Source of the DNA: a virus
Direction: 5' to 3' (one strand)
Virus record (IMG/VR): IMGVR_UViG_3300029717_000016
Span: 1 to 47,742 of that record
DNA: 47,742 bases
Below, one piece after another: positions 22,834 through 29,291 of the stretch; position 1 is the stretch's first letter, and each line of letters starts with the position of its first letter. The notes below the pieces were generated by a model. It had not been told where the DNA came from. It worked only from the letters and a program-made list of their open reading frames with translations, and ran no database searches. The position numbers were made by a program, and so were the translations under genes.

Positions 22834-23827
22834 TAAATGCTTATCGACTTAACTCAGCACGCTACAAGATGTAGCGACAGCTCTGGTCAAGCGCAGGAAT
22901 ATCTGATTGCCGGTCATGCGGCGGTTGAAACGGAAACAGTACTCGTCCAGATATGCCTGGAGCTTGGTGCACCTTCCGTGATATGTTCCCTGAAGGAATG
23001 CTTTCAGATTACTGATTGCCTTGTGTACCCAATGCAGATCATCTGTTTCGTATTTCTTCGTGTTCAGTTCCACACCTTCCAGATTCAGGTAGCTTCTGTA
23101 ACCGTCGCATTCTACCTTCGTTTTAGGCACAAAATACTGGTCGATGATTTCCTGCAAAGTCTTTCCCTGTACGTTATCTACTACCTTCATCCTGGCAAAC
23201 AGTGGTGCACTGTTTGCGGTTTTGGATACGGCCACCACAATCTTGGCCTTATCCGTACCACGACCTCGTTTGCCGTTATGGGAAGGTCCGCCAACATAGC
23301 CGTCATCCAACTCTACAATGCCGGAAAGCAAGTATTTTTCGTCTCTTTGACCCATAGCGGTACGAATTCGATCCAATAGGTGCCACGCGGAGTCATAACA
23401 GATCCCCAGTGTGCGGCTTAGCTGAACAGCGGAAATCCCTCTTTTGTCCGTTGCGCACAGATAGATCGCCCAGAACCAGATTGTCAGAGGCAAATGGGTA
23501 CGGTGCATAACCGTCCCTGCGGTAACAGAAGTCTGGTGCCGGCAGGAACGGCACTGATAAATGTTGCGGCCATGAACGGGATAGTATTCCACACAGCCGC
23601 ACTTAGGGCAGACAAACCCATTGGGAAAGCGCAGGCGGAATAGTTCTGCTCTGCAAGCGTCCTCAGTATTGTAGCGACGGCGAAAATCTTTGAAAGTAAT
23701 CTCAGCTGTACGTGCCATGATGATGTTCCCCTTTTTGCTTTTGGGAACATTGTAGCATCCTATCTGTCCAATAAACCGGACTTTTTCAAGATATTGTGGC
23801 TTGCTGTGTTAAGTCGATAAGCATTTA
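22834..23827 (-). mobile_element. IS1595-family insertion sequence
   Basis: Terminal inverted repeats aaatgcttatcgacttaac (22835-22853) and gttaagtcgataagcattt (23808-23826), extending to ~27 bp with 2 mismatches. AAGAT on both flanks. Single transposase ORF. Confidence 0.85.
22849..23718 (-). CDS. IS1595-family transposase
   Basis: 289 aa. N-terminal zinc ribbon FPNGFVCPKCG...YQCRSCRHQTSVTAGTVMH. DDE region VELDDGYVGG... Confidence 0.85.
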   Translation of the reverse strand: MARTAEITFKDFRRRYNTEDACRAELFRLRFPNGFVCPKCGCVEYYPVHGRNIYQCRSCRHQTSVTAGTVMHRTHLPLTIWFWAIYLCATDKRGISAVQLSRTLGICYDSAWHLLDRIRTAMGQRDEKYLLSGIVELDDGYVGGPSHNGKRGRGTDKAKIVVAVSKTANSAPLFARMKVVDNVQGKTLQEIIDQYFVPKTKVECDGYRSYLNLEGVELNTKKYETDDLHWVHKAISNLKAFLQGTYHGRCTKLQAYLDEYCFRFNRRMTGNQIFLRLTRAVATSCSVLS

Positions 23828-23935
23828 AGATATATTTTATATATTATATATATAAATCTTATATCTTGTAGTGTGTATGTGTTATGGTAAAGAATATAAG
23901 TAAATCTACTAAGATAGTAAAGGAGGACAACGACT

Positions 23936-24484
23936 TTGGCGGAAAGCAATAAACTCAAAAAGAAGCCTTATCAAGTTCCTGATCTGGAACCAGGAGACAA
24001 TACCAAGTACATTAACCATTCCATGACTATCATGAAATGGAAAACACCGGATATGAATGATCTGGAAGCTGTAGAGAAAAGATGTTTCGATTATTTTGAC
24101 CTTTGTGCTAAGAATGATATGAAACCTACCTTTGCAGGATTCGCTTTGGCTTTCGGCGTAGATAGGATGACTATGTGGAGATGGTGCAATAATCAGCCTA
24201 GAAGCAGGGATTTAAGCGACTCTGTGCGTGACACTATCAAAAAAGCGCGGGATTTAATCAACGCTCAGATGGAGGATTTCATGCAAAATGGCAAGATTAA
24301 CCCCGTTGCCGGAATTTTTTTGATGAAAAACAATATGAACTACACCGACCAGCAGGAAGTGGTCTTAAAGCCGGATAATCCGCTTGGAGAGCGGGCAGAC
24401 CCGGAGAAGCTGCGGCAGAAGTATCTGGAAGATGTTCGCGGTAGCGGTGCGACTATCATTGACGCGGAGGGTGGAACGGAATGA
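23936..24484 (+). CDS. terS: Terminase small subunit
   Basis: 182 aa. TTG start with AAAGGAGG RBS. PTFAGFALAFGVDRMTMWRW...AGIFLMKNNMNYTDQ. Confidence 0.75.
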   Translation: MAESNKLKKKPYQVPDLEPGDNTKYINHSMTIMKWKTPDMNDLEAVEKRCFDYFDLCAKNDMKPTFAGFALAFGVDRMTMWRWCNNQPRSRDLSDSVRDTIKKARDLINAQMEDFMQNGKINPVAGIFLMKNNMNYTDQQEVVLKPDNPLGERADPEKLRQKYLEDVRGSGATIIDAEGGTE

Positions 24485-24699
24485 GAGAAAAGACGGAATA
24501 CGCCATCGAACGAATGTGCACAGAGGTTGCCCAAATCCGGATGCTGATGGAGGGCGGCGCTAGGAAACCCGCCTGCGACTTTTGCAGAGAGTGTGTGAAC
24601 AAACCGGAAACATTCACCGTGGTTGCCCATAGCGGGCGGCAAATGACGGTGACTTGGAATTTTTGCCCAGTGTGCGGTCGGAAGCTCGAGCGACTATAA
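24481..24699 (+). CDS. Zinc-ribbon hypothetical protein
   Basis: 72 aa with ATGA overlap with terS. CDFCREC...CPVCG. Confidence 0.55.
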   Translation: MREKTEYAIERMCTEVAQIRMLMEGGARKPACDFCRECVNKPETFTVVAHSGRQMTVTWNFCPVCGRKLERL

Positions 24700-24817
24700 C
24701 AGCGACTTTGACCCAGCGACTATAGCGACTATAAAAACGCCCCGGAGGTCTTGCGACTTTCGGGGCGACTTTCTGCGACTATGAAACGGGAATTTTCGGC
24801 TGCGACTTTGCGACTAT
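24690..24817 (+). repeat. Nine direct copies of GCGACTWT (candidate pac/TerS recognition array)
   Basis: Copies start at 24690, 24702, 24716, 24725, 24753, 24765, 24775, 24802 and 24810. A 7-bp hairpin cgccccg/cggggcg lies in the middle. Confidence 0.85.
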
Positions 24818-25297
24818 GGCTCACGAGCTGGGAGCCTTGCGGGGATTTTCAGCCATGACGCAAAAACATGGCGGGAAATCTGATCGGGATCTGGGCTGCC
24901 TCTGGCGGGCCGTGGGGTGGCGCCCCTGTTCCGTCGCAGAGGGCAGAACGCCGGAGGGCGCAGAAAGCGACCAGACGGGCGAAAAGCTGCGGGGGCATCC
25001 TGGCATATCCGGCACAGGAATAGGCACAATGGCGGGCGCTGAGCGCCCCACACGCTGCATAAAATGCCGCACGGCGCTGTGTTGCGCCCATACGCGCCCA
25101 TTTTAAGGCGGGAACGATGCTTGAAGTTAATTTATATTGCCAGAATAAAAGCCGCTTAGAAAGCCGCTGAAAGCCTTACAGGGCATAGCAAGAGAAAAGC
25201 CCCGCCACGTTGGCAGGGCAAAGAGAAAGCCGACAATAGATGCCAGCGCCGCAGAACAAAGAAAGCCGCCCGGACAATGCCCGGACGGCTTGAAATA

Positions 25298-25366
25298 TTA
25301 TTTGCTGATCTTCAGCAGTTCCGCTAGCACAAGCAGCGGGAAAAACAGGATTGCAAGTAGTGCCAC
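25298..25366 (-). CDS. 22-aa hydrophobic LFP-motif peptide (copy 1)
   Basis: GTG start. VALLAILFFPLLVLAELLKISK. Last gene of the minus-strand operon. Confidence 0.45.
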   Translation of the reverse strand: MALLAILFFPLLVLAELLKISK

Positions 25367-25378
25367 GGCTACACCCCC

Positions 25379-25675
25379 TTATATTTCCATTCTTGCAAAC
25401 TCTTTCATTTCTGCGGCGAGGTCTTCCGGGCTATTTGCCCATCTGCTGATCCATTCCGGGAAATGCTGGGAAAGATAGCTTTCGAGGTTGTCGAGATTAT
25501 CCGGCTTGGAGGCTATGAGCTTTATAGCCCCTACGAAATCCGCCGCCGCTTTCGCTACTCTTTCGGGCGTGTAAAGCACCTTGCAGGACTTTCCACCGGG
25601 GCAAATAAATTCCCGATCTTTTCCGGCGTGTTCGCAATGGCTCGCACAATTCTTGCAATTATCATACTTAACCAT
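25379..25675 (-). CDS. Cys-rich hypothetical protein
   Basis: 98 aa from ATG 25675. CKNCASHCEH...CPGGKSC. Confidence 0.6.
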   Translation of the reverse strand: MVKYDNCKNCASHCEHAGKDREFICPGGKSCKVLYTPERVAKAAADFVGAIKLIASKPDNLDNLESYLSQHFPEWISRWANSPEDLAAEMKEFARMEI

Positions 25676-25689
25676 GATATAACCCCCCC

Positions 25690-25914
25690 TTAAAACAAGA
25701 TAAACAGATTGGAGCAACGCCCGATAATGGCGTATAACTGCCCGGTTTCGGTATCTTCGACCAATCCGCCGTTAATGCCGTAAACCCCGGAGGAATAGCC
25801 CACTTTTTCAAGCCTGCGGAGCGTGTAAAGGTTCTCGGCGGGCTTGTTGGTGTAATCCTCAGCCACTCCGAGCCGCACAAGCTCCCGGAGCGCTTTCAAC
25901 GTGTATTTTTTCAT
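25690..25914 (-). CDS. Hypothetical protein
   Basis: 74 aa from ATG 25914 (GGAGG RBS). Confidence 0.55.
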   Translation of the reverse strand: MKKYTLKALRELVRLGVAEDYTNKPAENLYTLRRLEKVGYSSGVYGINGGLVEDTETGQLYAIIGRCSNLFILF

Positions 25915-26308
25915 TTGGGCTGCACCTCCCCCCGGTATATGCATTGACAACACGGCTTGCGGCCTGATACAAGGCTCTTGCCTGAGTGTCCAGCCATTCT
26001 TCCCGGTTGTTCGGCCTGCGCTCGCCGTTGCGGGTTTTCTTGAGCTCGGACGGGCAACACAACCGCTCGGCGATGTCGGCGTTGTAAATCAAGCTGGAGC
26101 CGCCCCAGCTGTATTGCTCCCAGTCCTGCGCCCCGTTCAGCATCCATTCCCGGCACTCTTTCTCGGATTCAGGGTCCCGGCCTTCGTATTCCGCCCGTTC
26201 TTTCAGTTCTTCTACCAGCTCCAGGGCGTAGGCATTGACACCCTTGCCCCATGCGCTGCGGTCTTTCCGGGTTTCCAGCTCGGCGGTGATTTGATCATAG
26301 ATTGCCAT
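25859..26308 (-). CDS. Acidic hypothetical protein
   Basis: 149 aa from ATG 26308 (AAGGAGG RBS). The 3' end overlaps the next gene by 55 nt, so a frameshift or alternative end is possible. Confidence 0.6.
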   Translation of the reverse strand: MAIYDQITAELETRKDRSAWGKGVNAYALELVEELKERAEYEGRDPESEKECREWMLNGAQDWEQYSWGGSSLIYNADIAERLCCPSELKKTRNGERRPNNREEWLDTQARALYQAASRVVNAYTGGRCSPNEKIHVESAPGACAARSG

Positions 26309-26425
26309 TTTTATTTCCTCCTTGTAATTCTGCGGAGGCCGTGCTATAATAGTAGCGCCCCCTTGTGTGGTGCGCTCCCGTTGGTCTTGGTAGGATTGCG
26401 GGGGCGCTTTTTTGTTTACGTGAGT

Positions 26426-26454
26426 ATTATACACTAATTATTTCAAGTTGTCAA
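26426..26454 (-). promoter_or_regulatory. Consensus promoter of the minus-strand accessory operon
   Basis: Minus strand TTGACA-N17-TATAAT, followed by a ~110-nt leader with a long-range stem agcgccccc/gggggcgct. Confidence 0.7.
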
Positions 26455-26910
26455 TAGGAAATCAAAAATTATTTTTAGTGTAGTTATGGCGATATAGTTT
26501 GAATTTTGCAGTGTTTTATACGCGCACATAATGAAAGAAATGTCTATAGTATAAGCACATGCGCCTAGTCCACGATATGAGGACATGAAAACACCGCAAA
26601 ACGCGGAGAAATCAGAACATTTTCAATAAATATTGCATTTTGACGTATGCGTTTATAGCCATGAACGCAACCAAATATTTATTTTGTTGCGTTCACTTTA
26701 CCGTTCATGTCGATACGGTCAAAATGTGTTTGCATAGCGCGGACAGTTTGCATTTCCTGGATCTTGTGCCGTCCGGCACCGTCCAGCGGTTCCGGCTGCT
26801 GCTGGATAGCACCGGGGGCGGGGGATATGGCCGGCCTGATTCGGTGGGGGTTAGCCCCACAAGTACCCGCAAAAATAAAAAGCCCCCTCTCCTTCTCGAA
26901 AAATCCCGAA

Positions 26911-26940
26911 AAAGAAAAAAGACCTCCAAACGGAAGTCTT
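26911..26940 (-). terminator. Minus-strand rho-independent terminator
   Basis: Minus strand: aagacttcc gttt ggaggtctt ttttcttt. Confidence 0.6.
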
Positions 26941-26989
26941 GAAAGATTGGGAATGTGGGAAAAATCTAAAAAAGTTATTAAAAAATTAT

Positions 26990-27018
26990 TTGACAACGCT
27001 TCTGTAAAGGTCTATAAT
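26990..27018 (+). promoter_or_regulatory. Consensus promoter of a small RNA
   Basis: TTGACA-N17-TATAAT. Confidence 0.7.
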
Positions 27019-27024
27019 AATAAC

Positions 27025-27170
27025 ACAGGGAACACCTGCTGGTAACAGATGTCCCCTGCGGTGGGAACCCAGACGGTTGCCACGAGCATACAAGTTAGTA
27101 GGTCGAGAGCTTAGCGCTCAAACAACCGTGAGCCGTTCTGCTGTGAACAGACGGCTCACTTCTTTCTGTT
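27025..27170 (+). ncRNA. Candidate ~145-nt sRNA (possible type I antitoxin)
   Basis: Consensus promoter and strong terminator (27128-27170; 12-bp stem plus T-run). No RBS-preceded ORF. 5' 13-bp imperfect hairpin. Confidence 0.55.
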
Positions 27171-27242
27171 ATGGAACTTGTCCCATGCTTGGACGAGAAT
27201 CCAGCAGATAGACACAATCCAGAAAACATCTTGAAGAGTTAT
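27156..27242 (-). CDS. Candidate type I toxin-like hydrophobic peptide (non-canonical ATA start)
   Basis: GGAGGTG RBS 7 nt upstream of ATA. Frame reads (I)TLQDVFWIVSICWILVQAWDKFHNRKK. 3' end overlaps the sRNA terminator. Confidence 0.3.
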   Translation of the reverse strand: MTLQDVFWIVSICWILVQAWDKFHNRKK

Positions 27243-27412
27243 GTATGGTCACCTCCATGAGAAATAAATTTCCCGCGAGGGCTATACACACGCCTCCATT
27301 CCGCACTCGCGGGATGACAGGCAACCGCCTTTTTAACCGTACACCGTCTACAAAGGAGATAGGCTATGGCAAGCCAGGAAACTCGACGCGGACGGTGGGT
27401 TCCACGGAATTT

Positions 27413-27441
27413 ATTATACACAGATTGTCGAATAATGTCAA
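27413..27441 (-). promoter_or_regulatory. Consensus promoter facing the sRNA (candidate toxin mRNA promoter)
   Basis: Minus strand TTGACA-N17-TATAAT. ~160-nt leader with a 9-10 bp inverted repeat (27272-27316). Confidence 0.65.
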
Positions 27442-27595
27442 CTTAATGAGAGCCATCCTTTGCGGGGGTTCTCTTATTTTTTATGCTGCACAAAATCAAC
27501 ATTTCAAAAATCGCGCGAAAAACAAAAAGGCAAGAACCAACTATATAAAAGCTCCCTCCGGTCGTCACATCACCAATTTTATTTTGGCAATCCTA

Positions 27596-27624
27596 TTGAC
27601 AATCAAATATATCTAGTGTATATT
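27596..27624 (+). promoter_or_regulatory. Promoter of the HTH-lipoprotein operon
   Basis: TTGACA-N17-TATATT. Confidence 0.65.
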
Positions 27625-27648
27625 AAAGGCACACAGGAGGTGTTCCCG

Positions 27649-27891
27649 ATGCAGATAAGCAAAGCGATTCGTCAGGTAATGAAGGAGAAAAGCGTGTCTC
27701 TGCTCACTATGGCAAAAGCGATTGGAAAACAACGGGGGAATGACATAAGCGCTAGACTGACAAACCCCAACATGTCCTTCGACAAGGCAGTGGAAATGCT
27801 AGACGTTCTAGGCTATGAGGTAGTCATTCAGGAGCGAAAGCCCGGTGCTAGAAGGGCAGACCAGATCGTTATCGACCAGAAGGAAAGTTGA
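27649..27891 (+). CDS. Small XRE-like HTH protein
   Basis: 80 aa from ATG 27649 (AGGAGG RBS). SLLTMAKAIGKQRGNDISARL...LGYEVVI. Confidence 0.65.
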   Translation: MQISKAIRQVMKEKSVSLLTMAKAIGKQRGNDISARLTNPNMSFDKAVEMLDVLGYEVVIQERKPGARRADQIVIDQKES

Positions 27892-27904
27892 AGGAGGAAT
27901 AATC

Positions 27905-28306
27905 ATGAAAAAACTGTTGTGCATTAGCGCCATTATCGTATTTCTCGTGACATTAACGGCGTGTGGAGGAAAGGGCAACACGCCGACAGTTGCCGCAGAT
28001 GTTGATGTCTATGCGTTGAAACAAGGTGACGAGGTTTCTATTGTTGGTCAAACTGCTGCGTCAACCTTGGAGAACGGAAATACACTTATTGTTCAGGTTC
28101 TGCGGAACGGAGACCGTACAGTTGTATATCACTGCCAAATGAAAGACGAATTTATCGCCGAAGCAGAGGGGTACAAACCTCTAGACGTGGCTAAGGTTAC
28201 AGGGAAGTTCTTGAGCCTCACCGATATGGCTGGTGAACCCGGAGTTGAATTACCAAAAGAAAATATTGCCATTTTGGTTACGCTGTATGACTGCGAGCTG
28301 AAATGA
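27905..28306 (+). CDS. Lipoprotein
   Basis: 133 aa. Signal peptide with lipobox LTAC (MKKLLCISAIIVFLVTLTACGG). Confidence 0.75.
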   Translation: MKKLLCISAIIVFLVTLTACGGKGNTPTVAADVDVYALKQGDEVSIVGQTAASTLENGNTLIVQVLRNGDRTVVYHCQMKDEFIAEAEGYKPLDVAKVTGKFLSLTDMAGEPGVELPKENIAILVTLYDCELK

Positions 28307-28319
28307 GGAGGGCTAATAT

Positions 28320-28424
28320 ATGTGGGTAGTTTTAATCATTCTGTTTCCGGCATTCGTCATTGCAGAACTCTTGAAGGGCTACGACGGGAAAGGCGCAAGA
28401 GGACGTAAAGGAAGGAGACATTGA
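28320..28424 (+). CDS. 34-aa LFP-motif peptide (copy 2)
   Basis: GAGGAGGG RBS. MWVVLIILFPAFVIAELLKGYDGKGARGRKGRRH. Confidence 0.5.
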   Translation: MWVVLIILFPAFVIAELLKGYDGKGARGRKGRRH

Positions 28425-28428
28425 CAAA

Positions 28429-28788
28429 GTGGGTAAACTCTGTAAGAAATGCGGAAGCGCATTAACCGATGACGCAAAATACTGCGGGCAGTGTGGCGAA
28501 AAGGTGGGGGAAGAAACAGAACGCGCTACGTGCAGATGCCCTAAGTGCAACTCCGCGAATGTCACGGCAACACCGAAAGAGTATAAGCCAAAGCTGACAG
28601 CGCCACTTGTGATGACATTCGGCGGGTTCGGGTTGATGTTTTTAGGGGTTATCGGCTTGGCTGTTGGAGCTTTACTTGGGCTGGTTATCGGTGCAATCGT
28701 AAACGGTTTAGTTCCGCAGACATATCAGACGGTCATCACTTGCTCTGACTGCGGGTATTCAGGAGTATGCAAGGATGTGAAAAAGTAA
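28429..28788 (+). CDS. Zinc-ribbon membrane protein
   Basis: GTG start, 119 aa. CKKCG...CGQCG, CPKC...CSDCG. Central TM region. Confidence 0.65.
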   Translation: MGKLCKKCGSALTDDAKYCGQCGEKVGEETERATCRCPKCNSANVTATPKEYKPKLTAPLVMTFGGFGLMFLGVIGLAVGALLGLVIGAIVNGLVPQTYQTVITCSDCGYSGVCKDVKK

Positions 28789-28857
28789 ATGGAATTTCTC
28801 TTGATTCTCCTGTTTCCCATATTCGTGCTGATAGAGATCATGAAGCATAAAAAGTAA
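28789..28857 (+). CDS. 22-aa LFP-motif peptide (copy 3)
   Basis: The previous TAA stop (28786-28788) is immediately followed by ATG 28789. MEFLLILLFPIFVLIEIMKHKK. Confidence 0.5.
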   Translation: MEFLLILLFPIFVLIEIMKHKK

Positions 28858-28888
28858 TAAATTTCCTGCAAGGGCAGGAGGAAAGCCG

Positions 28889-28932
28889 AAGGGCTGCTTG
28901 TGCTGAGATACGCACGGGCAGCCCTTATTTTT
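28889..28932 (+). terminator. Rho-independent terminator
   Basis: aagggctgc ... gcagccctt attttt. Confidence 0.7.
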
Positions 28933-28949
28933 GTATCAGGAGGGAATTT

Positions 28950-29282
28950 ATGAAAATCGACGTTTTGGGAGCAGAATATACGCTTACAGTAATTCGGGGA
29001 AGCAAAGAGCCAAGGCTCAAGGATTGTGACGGTTTCTGTGATGAAACTACGAAAGAGATGCTGGTTGAAAATTACGAAGACAGCAAGGGAGAACCAAATT
29101 GCAAGCAAAACCTTCTGGTTCAGACAAACAAGGTGAAGCGGCATGAGATCATTCACGCATTTCTATTTGAAAGCGGCCTTGCCGAAAATTCCAGTTGGGC
29201 ACAAAACGAGGAAATGGTGGATTTCTTCGCAATCCAGTTTCCCAAACTGCTGAAAGCATTTGAACAAGCTGACGCTCTGTGA
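28950..29282 (+). CDS. Putative small zinc metallopeptidase (HExxH)
   Basis: 110 aa. KVKRHEIIHAFLFESGL. Confidence 0.55.
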   Translation: MKIDVLGAEYTLTVIRGSKEPRLKDCDGFCDETTKEMLVENYEDSKGEPNCKQNLLVQTNKVKRHEIIHAFLFESGLAENSSWAQNEEMVDFFAIQFPKLLKAFEQADAL

Positions 29283-29291
29283 GGTGATAGT

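Noticed and set aside
24814-25106. Overlapping 80-96 aa ORFs on both strands in the GC-rich tract
   Set aside because: All frames are open simultaneously. They have no RBSs and Arg/Pro/Gly/Ala-dominated translations. The tract is treated as non-coding and reported as a finding instead.
26679-26996. 105-aa minus-strand ORF upstream of the sRNA promoter
   Set aside because: It runs through the sRNA promoter and a minus-strand terminator and has no RBS. At most it is a decayed gene fragment.
1860-27891. Longer N-terminal extensions given by the ORF track for many genes (for example 1860, 2750, 4371, 6502, 7804, 10705, 13184, 14366, 15117, 15499, 19043, 26434, 27460)
   Set aside because: In each case an internal ATG/GTG with a GGAGG-type RBS at 6-10 nt, and often a start-stop overlap with the upstream gene, gives a better model. 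The extensions overlap upstream genes or terminators.
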